Positions 1 through 11,992 of a stretch of 55,921 nt of DNA are shown piece after piece (the first letter of the stretch is position 1; the number at the start of each line of letters is the position of its first letter). Source of the DNA: Vitrella brassicaformis CCMP3155 (Eukaryota > Protista > Chromerida); contig CDMY01000537.1 of NCBI GenBank assembly GCA_001179505.1, positions 1 to 55,921 of the forward strand. The letters run 5' to 3'. The notes beneath the pieces were generated by a model. It was given only the letters and a program-made list of their open reading frames with translations, was not told the DNA's origin and made no database searches. A program made the position numbers and the translations under genes.

Positions 1-916
1 TTGCCAGCTTGGCAAGACGAACCACTGCGAGCTTGTGAGCTAGGGTAGATTGCTGTGCAACGGAGAAAGCACTCTTACTCTGGGACTTACCGCCCAGCAG
101 ATCCTCTATTCAGCTAACTACAGGAAAGGTCCTCACCGGCCTTTTCGCACACTTGCTGCGTGAACCGGCTCGCTCGCCAGCAGACGAGTGACCACCTCAG
201 ATCTTGGCTCGGTGGCCGTGTCTTGAGGTGTCGCGTAGGGAGTCTGCGGCATATTGATGTTCAGATGTATATACCCATCCTCCTGCACACACACACACAC
301 ACACACACATACATGCGCACTCGGTATGTATGTGTGCATACTGCTGGCCGTGGCGCCGGCAGCCGCGCTCCGCTATTCCCCTCGGCTCTACACACACACA
401 CACGGACACACACACGTCTTGAGGATGCGTCAGCCCACCCACCCAACCGTATGTATGTATGTATTCGTCTGTGTCTCATCGCTACCTGACATGTGCCTCG
501 CCCCAGTCCTTGACTTTCAGCTGGCGGAACTCTATCACCTGCTTCGCTCCAATGACCGCGCAGAGCTTCGCGAAATCCTCCCAACACTCCTGCTTGACCG
601 TCTGAATCTCACTCAACACACCCGTGTGTGCGCGTTTGTTCCTCGTGCGTCACGGCACGTCACGTACGTGATCGTCTTTGTTGATGCACGCGCACAGGGC
701 TTCCCTGTCAGGCGGGTCCCGGATGTAGACAGACTTGACAGGGTAGGGGATGTAGTCGTTAATCTTGGACGACTCCACTGCCTCGTGCATCATCTCGAAT
801 TGCTCTCCCCACTCCTCGCTATCCACGTCGCTTATCGGGCACCCCATCAGCGCACCCATTGTCAAGGCGCAGCCAAAGGCAGAAAGCGTTAGAGGAGAAG
901 AGTCTACGAAACCCAA
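1..916 (-). CDS. Hypothetical multi-exon protein; 3' end probably continues beyond the window start
   Basis: ATG at 916 (MGFVDSSPLT...). GT-AG-bounded exons at about 916-668, 601-486 (TVKQECWEDFAKLCAVIG...), 388-343 and 283-135, separated by TG-rich introns. No family recognised. Confidence 0.5.
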
Positions 917-1170
917 ATTGGGATTCGACCATAGATGCGATTCCGAGGGCTCGTCAGAACAGGCTGATCTGTCGCTGAGCGATTCATGTGTCGATGACCA
1001 GTTTGTGCGGTGGCGCGCGTTGGATCTGGGCTCAGAGAGAGAGATTCGCCTGCTCCTCTCCTCGTGCGCTTCTCGTGTGTATCTGTGCGCTCTCTGTGTG
1101 TCTGTGCAGGTGACCGATCGAGTATTGGAATATTGAGGCGTTGAGCGACTGACTGACCTGAGCCGGAAGG

Positions 1171-1744
1171 ATGATTCCTCCGCGTGCAGGGGGGAAGATG
1201 GCGGCGTTTCAGCAGCAGATGTCGCTCGTGCAGCTGCAGCTGGACCACGCCGCCAGCAGCATCACCGCCCCCAGCAGATGACGGCCGCCGCCATGGGAGC
1301 CATCGACAACGCCCACCGCTCCATCCTCCTTCAGATGAATACCGCCAAGAAGGCCACACAGCAGCCGGGTAGTGCGCCAACCGATAGACACCCAGACAGA
1401 ACGACGTGCGGCCGTCTATCTGTGTGTGTGCAGGCAAAAGAAAGTGGTGCAAGCTGTGGAGGGCAAGGGATGAGGAGGAGAAGGACGAGGAGGAGGAGCT
1501 CGACGTGGAGTGGCTGCGGATGCCAAAGGATGAGGAGGAGCTCGACGTGGACGAGTGCAACGACAAAAGTGCCATTTGCCTGGTTTACGAGGGATTTATC
1601 CGCCAGCAGGACCTGACCGTTAACGGCGAGTGCATCTCTGCTGAGGAGGCGAAGAGCGTGTGCGGCGAGGCCGAAAAGGAGATCGGAGGGCAGCGCTTCT
1701 GCAAGGGCAAGGACTTCAAGAGCACCGAGGTGACAAAGATGTAG
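1171..1744 (+). pseudogene. Small acidic hypothetical protein gene with a frame break near 1268-1281
   Basis: MIPPRAGGKMAAFQQQ... stops at TGA 1279-1281, and coding-like sequence continues in the overlapping ATG-1278 frame. After an intron (about 1368-1432) the last exon GKRKWCKLWR...TEVTKM* ends at 1744. GAGGAGGAGCTCGACGTGGA is duplicated internally. Confidence 0.4.
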
Positions 1745-2989
1745 AAAGCAAAGAACGGACCTGAGGAAGGGAGGGAGGGAGGACGGGTGGATGTCAGGTG
1801 CCTGACACACTCACTCTGCCAGGGGTGAGTGTGGCCGCGGGCGTGTGTGCACCGACGGGCGGTGGAGCATTAGACTCCATTCAAATTTTAAGAGCGAGTT
1901 TTGTCCAAGTTTGTCGATCCACTAATCCGCCCGGCCGTCTACGGTGTCTGTGGGATGCGCATTGTGTGTTGGTGGATTGCCTGTCTGACTGTCTGGCATG
2001 GGTGGTGTTGGCCGCGCATACCCATGTCCACGGCCCGGCTGCAGCGTTGCATTCACACACGGATGGATGGATGGATGGACCATTCCCATTGTTTTGAACC
2101 ATCAAGCGAAGCGCATCACAGGGACAGCTTGACATACATGCAGAGTTGGGCCCCTTACACACACACACACATACACCACCCACACTTGCAGAAAGTATCA
2201 CACCAAATCCAGCACCACCACCACCAGCGGTGCCCTGATGAGCCAAACACACACACACACACACAGCTCGGGTCAAATCGTGTGCGCCTTTACCGCTCCA
2301 GCGCACCTGGCTTAATTTGCTGCTGCTGCTGCTGCATGAGCCTGGCATTCATTATGCGCCAGCACGGCTTTGCCCTCGGCTATCATGGATAGAAATTGAT
2401 GGATGTGCCGTAGACGTGCCTTTGCCTGCATGCTCGGTGGTCATCTGTACTATTCTCTTCTCCATGTGCTCTCTCTGTCGAAGAGAAGGTTATGGCATTT
2501 GTCTCTCTGTCTAAGAGATATCAGCATGGCTGAGAGAGAGAGAGAGAGAGAGAGACAGGCAGTGCAGGGCAGTGTTGTGTCTGTGTGGGTGGGTGGGTGG
2601 GTGCGCGACTCGTAGGAGCCTGTGTCCTTGGCCACAGCTCTTTCTTCTCTCTTCATTCACTTGCGACTGCGTATGGTTTTCTTTGAATGAATCAATCAGA
2701 GACTAGGACCATGACCTGTGTGTCGCGACGATCCACGTGGCCTGTCCGTCCTTGGATAAACACGAGAGAGAGACGCCAACTCACTCACTACCAAAGTCCC
2801 CCCTGCCCTGCAATTGCCCTTGACTCAAACACACACCACACATCATCATGATGACACACATTACTGACGCACATACACACAAACGAACACACCGAAAAAG
2901 GGAGCAACCGCCTACCACCAGCTAGCTATCCACCCATCCACCCACCGATGCACACCCCCGCCCCCTCCCAGGGCCGCCGTATCGTATCT

Positions 2990-5078
2990 CTAGCCATCCA
3001 GCCAGCACAGCCCATACCAACAGATGATGGCCACCACAGCCCACCTTAAAAAGGCACCCGCCCTTCCGCACCCAGCAGCAGCCGTTGAGCTGTCGGGCGG
3101 AGTCGTAGTCGGGAAGAGCTGTGTCGATGCTCTGGGGCCGAGCATCATCATGGCGTCACCTGATGAGCCATTGTTGCCGTTGAGGACGGTGAGCCGCTGG
3201 GGCAGCCCGTCGGCCGCCCGGTAGGCGTCATAGCCCTCGGTCTCGTTGTCGACGCAGATTCTGTCCAGCTGCCAAGCAAGCCCGCACAGACAGATACATA
3301 GATGGATTGGTGTTGGCAGTACATGAAGAGGCAGCTGGCTTACTGTGAGGGGGATGTTAGGTTGCAGTGCTCGCCGCCGTCTCGCCTCCATGAAGATGAG
3401 CTCCTGAGTGAGCAAAGGAAGGAACCAAGCAATGAAATGACACCATCCATCCATCCATCCACCCCTCCGTCCCTCCCTTAGCGAAACTGGCTGACCTGTA
3501 CGCTGTCAGCGTCGGGCATGACGCCAATGATCCTCTCGACTTGCGAGTCGAAGTCCTCCTCGACGAGCGCGCCCTCCTCCTCTGCCGGATCGGGCTCGTC
3601 CAGCCGCGCGAAAATGGCACGCCGGAACTCATCCTTGGTCATCTTGTTGTCTGAACGACCCGACCGGCACACGGCGGGCGTGCGCCTTGGGTGGGTACGC
3701 CGCCTTGAGTGACTTACCCGAGTTGCCCTTGAAGTCCTCGATGAACGAGTATGTGGCGTACATGGCCGCAATCGCGTTGCTCCAAGAACTGACAGGCAGG
3801 CAGGCAGGCAGGCCGGTCACACACACACACAGAGTGGCTTAGCACATGAAGCTGCAGCTCACGAGTTGCGGAAGTCGCGTTCGTCGGCCAGCAGCCTGTC
3901 GCAGTCACCCTGAAGGGCATAAATGGGTCACCGATTCATGCACGGCCCTACCCCTCTCTCTGTGTGGGTGGTGCCTGCCTCTTTGCCTCCATCACCTTGG
4001 CCACTTTGAGGACCACCTCGCCCGTGCGGTTGCTGGTCGTCACGAACCGGCTCGCGTCGGGGTCGCACGCCAGGCAATACAGACCCAGGTTGTACTTCTC
4101 CACTGATGAAACGATCAACACACACACACACACACACACCTCGGTGTAGCCCTGGGGAGGGGTTCTGGGGTTCTGTGTCTGTGTGTCCTATCTCTCCCTC
4201 ACGGTCTGCGAGGATGGTGTCGAAGGCATCGTCGACTTGAGGGAGAGAGGCGTTCAGCTGCTTGCCAAGACCCAGCTCTGACACGCACAACACGCACGCA
4301 CCCACTGGCCGTGTGTGACCCACGTCCATCGACCTGTGCCACTCACTCGCTCACTCACTGCCTGACCTTTCCGCTTTTCGTCCCACTTTTTGAGCTCATT
4401 TTGGACGGCCTCCTTTGCCCCACTGGCGTCGACCTCGAGGCCGAACCAGTCCCGGGCGATGTTCTCCAGACTTTCGCCCGCACTCCCAGCCATCTCCTGC
4501 ACACACACATACACATACCCACATTGAGGATGACAATGCCTCCATGCACTCCGACGGCTCACAGCGGCGGCGTCGATGTAGTCGTCGAGCGGGAAGGTGT
4601 CAAGCACATTGGCGATCTCCTCCCACCTCGACCGAATCTGGGCCGTGTAATTCTCACTGAACGTATTGACAGACACACACACAGAGGCACCCTGACGCCT
4701 GAACTGCCAAAGACCGCCTTTCCTTTTGCAGCCACCCACCGTCTTTCGATGTCCTCCTGGTGCATCTCCTCTATCCGCAGAAAGCCCTTGCCCGTGCAGC
4801 AGGACGGCTCGTCCACAAACTGGCGGCACACAGGGAGCGACTCCGCGGACGAGCTGGGCAGTTTGGCTGGCGTGTCATGGAAGAAGGCCGTCACGTCACG
4901 GGTTCGGAAGACGTTCTCGGCCACCAGGGTGCTGACACGTGACACGTCATGACACAGAAGCAGAGATGGATGAATGCCATGAGTCAGAAGTGCTGCTGGA
5001 TGCCCACCTGCAGTCTGCCCATGTCTGCGTGAGAACGGAAAGCACCAGGAGGATGATCAGCTCGAGATTCCTGTTCAT
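2990..5078 (-). CDS. Secreted, probably GPI-anchored or C-terminally tethered cysteine-containing surface protein
   Basis: Signal peptide MNRNLELIILLVLSVLTQTWA from ATG 5078 splices in frame to STLVAENVF. About 9 exons. Cys motifs CRQF..SCC and LYCLACDP are loosely like folate-receptor/HHIP-N Cys domains (tentative). Hydrophobic C-terminus AFLRWAVVAIICWYGLCWLDG*. Confidence 0.7.
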
Positions 5079-5163
5079 CGTTAAGGCTTTTGTTTCTCCG
5101 CAGATCTGACGCCAAGCTCGCAGATGCCACGAAGCTCGCAATTGCTTGACACAAGCACGGCCG

Positions 5164-8100
5164 ATGAAGCGCCTTCTTGACCCGCGTGAAGCAGCGTCCC
5201 TGACGAAAATTGCACGGGACCGCCGCGAAAGGGAGCTCATGCCGCCGCCGGACCTTCCTTCTCAATTCGCCCCCGGTATGCTCTGTGCTTGTATCAAACA
5301 CACACCACACAAGGGTTTCTTCACAATTTGTGTGTTCTCAGGCCTCAAGAAGGGACCAGACGATGCCGTGAGCGGACAGCAGCGCTCGTCAGCGGCGCGT
5401 AGTGCATCCGATGGGCTCGCTGATGAGCAGCCGGCAGCACAACAGGCTGATCACTCTGCCCCAGACGCCCTAGTCAAGTCCTTTATGTCTGAGATTGACA
5501 GCATGCTAGAGGCGCCCACTGCCGGTGCTGGTGATCGGCAGGGCCATCCGTCCAATGCCTCCCCGCCACCATCCGACGCAACCACGCCCACGCCCACGGC
5601 CACGGCCGTGTGGCAGGAGGTGCTTGACCCGAAGACCAAGCACATCTATTATTGGAACGTCCAGACGGGCGAGGTCTCGTGGACACGGCCACCTGATATG
5701 AATGGCGGCAAGGCGACCGTCCCCAATGCACATGCACCCCCTTCAAGCGTGAGAGTGACATCGCCGGTAGATGCTGCCGTTGGTGGCGAGGCGTCGGCGG
5801 GAACTGCCAAGACAGTGGACGAGAAGCTGCAGGCCTTTATGAGGGAGATCGAGCTCATCGGGGAGGCTTGCGACCAGGAGGACATCGACACCGCGGAACC
5901 TCCCACCAGCACTCAGGAAAGCCGAATGGACGCTGCAAGTGTCCCTGCTGCTAGTGCCGCTGCTGGTGCTGGCCAAGAGGCCGAGAAGCCACTGGAGGAC
6001 AGAGGCGAGGATCGGCAGGCAGGGAGGAGCAGGGGCGGGGGGAGTGCGGCTTTGGAGAAGGAGGCGCGTGCGATGCTGGCTGATGTGCGGGAGCGGGTCG
6101 GCCTACTGCAAGTGGAGGGGACGGCCATGCTCATCACCAAGAGAAGAATCACGACCGAACTCGGCACCAGAAAGGTCAGCCAGCCGGGATCCATGCCATG
6201 AATGCATCTGTGTGCAGTGCAATATATTGGTGTGTGAATGTAATGGGTGTGTGTTCAGACGGACTGGGAGGCTGGCGAGCTGTCAAGCGCCTACTTCCTC
6301 AAGAAACTGCATGAGACGGCCGATGCCATCAAGGTGGGTGGATGATCAATCTTCTAACACACAGAAGCATCCATGGACATGGACTGACGTATGTGTGTGT
6401 GTGTATGTGTGCAGGAGCTGTTGTACGAGCAGGAGAATGCGCCCAAGGCCGACGGCGTGACCATCCAGGCGGCTCCCAAACCACCGCAGTCCCGGAGAGA
6501 GCGGGCCAGGCGGGGCTCTGCTGCTGCTGCTGCTGCTGCGTCTTCCGAGTATAGACAGGATTGGGGCGCGTACGGCGGCGGATATGACGCATACGACTAC
6601 GGCTACTATGCTGCAATGGTGAGTGAGCTGCCCAGCGATGGAAAGGATGCCTGATTGATGCGTGTGTGTGTGTGCGTGTGGTTTGTGTGACTGCAGGCCG
6701 ACCCGGCGGCCTATGCGTATGCCAATGGTCAGTCATAGCAGCAGCAGACAGACAGACAGACAGACGGACAGACAGACACACGAACATCCCTGTGTGTGTC
6801 TTGTGACCTTTTTCTTCAGTCGGCATGGCCGCGATGCCCTACGCTTACGCCATGGTCGCCTCCACAGACATGGTGCCTCAATCCGATTCGGCCACTTCGA
6901 CCGCACCATCCACACGAGACGCAACAGCAAATGCAGCTGAATCAGGTACACACCCACAACCCTCGCCGCACCGCTGTGTCGTGTCGATTGGCCGCATTTT
7001 GTGCCCACCTTTGTGCAGGTCCGGTGGTCAATAGTCGGCGCTCGCCAGAGGCGCAGGAGCCACCTGTGGCTGCCGACAGGGCTGAGGAGCTGGTGGCTGC
7101 GGCCGCACTAGGTAGCCATGGAAGGCAGGAAAGGAGCAAGCGTGGATGCTGTTGGAGGGAGGGAGGTTGGGGGGACTGGCGGGGGGGTGTGGGTATGTTC
7201 TGCCGGCCGCTGCGATGTGACGGATGGCCGGCCGATCGCTGGGGAGCTCTTGCTCGTGTGCGTGTCGTGTACGTGTACGTGTGTGCCTTGACGCATTCAA
7301 TCATCCGTCCGCCCACTGACATGACAGGCACCACGAGCCAGCGAGAGACAGTGACAGTGACCTTGATAGGTTGCTGCCTGAATGAATGAATGCACGTGTG
7401 CTGCACCACCTGACATCTCATTGGGGTGTCCGTGTGTGGCTCTCTCGTATGGTGTGTGTCTGGCCTGCAGGTGGTGGTGAGCATGCATCTTCGTCTGGTG
7501 GGAAGAAGCGGAAGGCAGCCGCCCCGCCGATCGGCCTCGGACACCGCAAACAGGTCAGATGGCGAGAACCACGTATGGGCTGATTCAAATCCTCTCGACC
7601 TTGTTTGGGTGGTTTGGTTGCTGCGCAGCTGCAGCTGATCGGCAAGTGGCAAAGAACAGCCGACAAGGCTGCCGAGGTACCACTCACACCACACGCCTAT
7701 CTAGCAGTCGATGTGCGTGTGTACCTGATGTTGCGTGCAGGAAGAGGCCTCCGAGTGGGCGGAGCAAGAGCGGGCCGAGGTGGCCAAGGAAGCGGACAGA
7801 ATCGACCGGTGGAAGGAGCGACAGCTGGCCAGGTCAGCCTGCATGCCCATCTATACGTCCGTGCCCTCCCTCCCTCCCTCCCACAGTGGGCCAACTGGCA
7901 CTCACACATATGAGTACATGTATACCACACACACACACCCGCGTGTGTCGTCCCTGTGATAATGCAATGCATCATCGGTGCGGTGAGAGGCAGTCCAGGG
8001 CAGGGCAGCACATGCAGAGCCATCCATGGACGACCCACACGCCCACCCACCCACCCATCGCCCGTCCTCATTGCGCCTCTCTGTGTGTCATCCATTTGTG

Positions 8101-8319
8101 TGTGTGCTGCAGCGGCGCGGCCAAGTCGAATCCGAACTTTATGCCACTGGGAGAGCGCTCCAAGGACGGCGGGCAGAAGGGACAAGACTGGTATGCGAGT
8201 GTTTTGACACACACGGATCTCACAGTGTCCTTCGCGTGATTGCTGCTTTGTCCGTCACATGCGACAGGCGTCAGAGAGCCCGGTCGGGGCGGTCAAAGGG
8301 CGGCGGCAATGCAGGGTGA
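5164..8319 (+). CDS. FNBP4: Formin-binding protein 4-like WW-domain protein
   Basis: WW domain WQEVLDPKTKHIYYWNVQTGEVSWTRP (about 5607-5690). DWEAGELSSAYFLKKLHE resembles FNBP4 DWREGALNGNYLKRKLQ. C-terminal LIGKWQ...RIDRWKERQLA-SGAAKSNPNF resembles FNBP4 LVKKWQ...RIEEWKQQQLVSGMAERNANF. Stop at 8319. Confidence 0.75.
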
Positions 8320-8564
8320 CCGTCGGACATATCTGATGGACGCGACGGCATGGACAAGCGTCAAGCGTGCAATTAAGCTGATGGATGAGTGGATGGGATG
8401 ATCCAAAATGTCACAATGTTCGGTTGACTACACGTAGACTACGTACTCATTCATCGTCTGCTATGAGAGTATCGTGCATAGCCAATGAGAAAAACGTCGA
8501 GAAGAAAGGCCGTCGAGACGGAGACAGAACACTCAAATTTACCAGCCCTCTTTATGCATTTATG

Positions 8565-9735
8565 TTTTCGGCGACTTCCCGGGCCTGCTGCGAGTCGCCC
8601 AAGAGCCCTGTTGTCCGACACATCCTGTCCCTACTGCGAGAAGTATTCAACATACCCCATCTGAGCGCACGGCTGCAATACGAGGTCCTGCACGTGTTTC
8701 GCCACCTGGACATCGAGGTCAACGACGTCAGCTGCAATCATGGGCCTTCACTTTTGGCGCGCTTGATGGCACCGCCGCCTGTGGGTCAGAATGACGATCT
8801 CAAGGCAGGAACCGTTCAATTGGAACCGTTCGCATGGATCCGACGATCATGAAGCGACGAGGGCAAGGGCTGCGTGCAGACATAGACCGACGTCATTGAT
8901 GGGCGTGTATCGCTCGGTGGGGTGGGTGTAAGGACGATTTGTCTGTGTGTTTCTGTTGTGTTGTGTTGTGTTGTGTTGTGTGTGCAGCCGAAGAGACAGC
9001 CACTCTCCCCTCAACAGATAGCAAAAGCGGACTGGACTGTCGAGGAAATGGGGTGAGTGGCAACGAATATTTTCTTTGTCGTTGTTGCGGGCCTTGCTTT
9101 CAGGGGGACGAGTATGCCAATGTCGAGACGTGGGAGCACTACCTGGCTGCTGCTGAAGACGAGTTTGAAGACGAGACGGTGAGATAGATGTGACAGACAA
9201 AGTCGGAGAGCGGACGAACTTTGGGTTCTTGTGCAGGTCGGTCAGCATGCATCACATCCACTCCCTGCACCCCAGCCGGCCACCACCTTCACGCCGCATC
9301 CAGTGGAGCCGCTGCCGAGGACTGTCGCGCCGCGCCCGGCGTCCTCCTATTCCCGACGCCCATCATCGGCAGCCACACCACAACACAGCGACCACATTTC
9401 TCGGCAAGAATTTCGATTTTGATCTCGACGACGCACCTCAGGAGCCAGATCTCCAGCGCATTGCAGGACAAATACAGGACGATCTGGGCCAGAAGCTCCG
9501 TCGAGAGCTGGGCACTGAGCTGAAGATCGACGCCGGGCGCATCACCGTCAGCCGCGAGGACTACCTCGAGAGGGGGTCAACTGAGGACGACCGGGTGCCC
9601 ATACAGCTGAATGGTACGTACAAGGGAGAGGTCGCGCATCTGGCATCTATTGTGTGTGCTTTGCAATCAGCACCAGCGTGCGATGTTCCATCGGCGGGGC
9701 AGGCGTCGACTGACGACGGCTCACCGACAGGTAAC
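8565..9735 (+). CDS. Hypothetical multi-exon protein with an unresolved frame change; boundaries uncertain
   Basis: Codon-biased segments LREVFNIPHL..., PKRQPLSPQQ..., GDEYANVETWEHYL... and FLGKNFDFDLDDAPQEPDLQR... with GT-AG introns. The frame switches near 9370-9390 without an obvious intron. Confidence 0.35.
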
Positions 9736-10479
9736 CGGTATCGGGTCGGCTCCCAACGATTCTTCCTCTGTTTCCCCTTTTCTGCTGCTGTCTGTCAGCC
9801 AATGCACCGCTGCTGGGGGCTGGCGGGGGGGGGCGGGGGCGCCTGGCGGGAGGGGCCCGCCTGGTGGGGTGCTGCACCACCCCCGGGTCATGTGGGCGTT
9901 CACTAATTTCGTCACGTGCATGAAAGTACGTCATCCTGGGCGTCCTTTCGGTGCTGATGGAGAGCGTGGAGTTTCAGTGTGTCACGCGTCCGATATCCGA
10001 GGTTTTTCCTTTCCTGGGAACGTCACATGTCAACGCAAGATTGCCAGGTAGGCGAGCAAGCAGGCAGGGGGAGGAGGGAAAGACCTTGACTGACTGGTCG
10101 GCAACCTTTCTTCCTACAGGTGGCTGCACATCCACATCCACAGCCGACCTGCTGCCAGCGCACCTTTGCCTCCCTGTGTGCATGGTGGAGGAGCTGACCG
10201 GCTGCCGTTTCGCCTGGCTCTCGTATCACACTGATGGGGCCTGGATTGGTGGTCGAGGAGACATGTCATTGAAGGGAGGGGGGCGGGTGGGAGGGGCTGG
10301 GAGGGAGGGAGGGAGAGAAGAGTTCCACCACATGTAGTTACAGGCAGTGACTTAGTGCTTGACTGCTCGTTGGGCTATTTGCTGTGGGATTTGTGACTTG
10401 TATGAGTCCGTGAGCACCAGTTCATCTGGCGAGGATCACGCATACGGGCTGGGCTGGCTGTCTTCCCTGCCTGCACCAG

Positions 10480-11639
10480 TATTGCCTCTCGCTCTTCTTC
10501 TTTCTTTTCCTCTAGCCAACACACACACACACGACGGCCTGGTGTATGCGGCATACGAGCACCCTCTTCTGTATAGGAGCACCCTCTTCATCTGTGGCTG
10601 TCAGAGGCATACATGGGTGACACAGTGCATGGGTGTCCTTTCTTTTATGCAGGCTTTGTGGCGATGGTTGAGGATGCCGTGCGTTACGTGCGGACACGCG
10701 TAAGACTCACTGCACGAGGACACACGTAAGACCTCTGTTGACGTTTCTTGCTCTTCAGGGTGCACCGCAGACTCCGCCGCCATCGTGTTCTTTTCGCTGC
10801 TGGGGGTCATCTTCTTGCCGCTGCTGCTGTTCGTGCCGTTCATCTCGGAGTACCGCAACTCAAACAAGAACGGGTGGGCTGCCGTGGGGGACGCGCTCGT
10901 CGACGGCGTGAAGTATATCACATACGAGCACCCGGCCGAGTTCCTCATCTGCTCGCCCTTCTCATCGTGTCCGTTGCCGTCTTGCGCAACTACTGGAAAT
11001 CAGACAATGACCGCAACCAGCGCACCCCAGTGGCCACCGAGGAGCAAGAGCTGTCTGCCGGTAGGGGTGGGCGAGAACATCCAGTACGCCCACAAAAACG
11101 ACACGCAGTGAAGAATTTGAGATGCCGCGAAATGGAGTTCCGTGGGTCGACGTACTGTGAGGGTCAACGGGGGTGCCGCACAGAAGGCTATCAAAGAAAG
11201 CACCACACAGGTGAATCACGCACAGACACACACCCCAATCGCCCAACTTGCCCACACACACACACACACATACACACACACTTCTCCGCGTACGTATTGT
11301 GTTTTTCAGGATCTGAAGGTGACCCGTCGCTCCACTGCCCACGCCTCGCTCATGAAGAAGCGCCGCAACAACATCAGCTGCAGGAAGAGGAAGGAGGGCC
11401 ACGCCAACCTCGCCCCCATCGTAGTGGGCTACGGCGCTCCCAACACCGACCTGGGACTGCCCTTCAACCCGGCCGTCTACCAGACACGGCTGAACACGTC
11501 TGTGGGAAGACTCGCCACCCGTCAGCTGCGGATGAAGGCGGGCAAGAAGGCGGCCGCCACCAAACGCCGCTTTCCAAGGCAAGCATACCGCGTGGTCGCA
11601 GAGCTCCGAGAGGGCGGCCATGCGGTGGACATTCAGTGA
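10480..11639 (+). pseudogene. Membrane-protein-like gene with apparent frameshifts and a basic C-terminal exon
   Basis: Hydrophobic segments FFSLLGVIFLPLLLFVPFI and LALLIVSVAVL lie in different frames. The last exon (11310-11639, DLKVTRR...AVDIQ*) has strong C/G-ending codon bias. A DG(L/V).Y..YEHP motif is repeated. Confidence 0.4.
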
Positions 11640-11992
11640 GAGGGTTGCAGTGCAGAGACTAGCAAGGCAGGCAGTGTGTGATTAATGGCGAGGGCGAGGG
11701 CGGGTGCGTGTCCTTGCATGTGATATGCATCGTTGCCTACATCTTATATTCTTGTGTGTGTGTGTGCCTCATTTCCCCGTTCACCCTGGCGTTTGATGGA
11801 TTGAGAGAGGGAGAGACATCCACGCTTTGACTGACGTGTGTGAAGGGACTATGTCCCTTATCACCGTGCACCATACACACACACACACACGGCAGAGCCA
11901 CATAACACACTGATCGATCAATCGACGTCCAAATAAATGGGAACGGACGAAGAACCGAGCCACGACAATACAACAGACGCCCCTCGCGTCAC

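Noticed and set aside
1433-1744. Acidic tract plus CLVYEG reminiscent of the Prp3 C-terminus
   Set aside because: The similarity is limited to a few residues and the rest of the Prp3 domain is absent.
1800-2950. Possible gene between the first two gene pairs
   Set aside because: There are splice-like signals, but I could not build a consistent codon-biased frame; probably UTR or intergenic.
11400-11639. IVVGYGA... resembles the Fanzor/TnpB RuvC-II region
   Set aside because: There is no following E..TS or zinc finger, no RuvC-I/III motifs and no element ends; the similarity is only a few residues.
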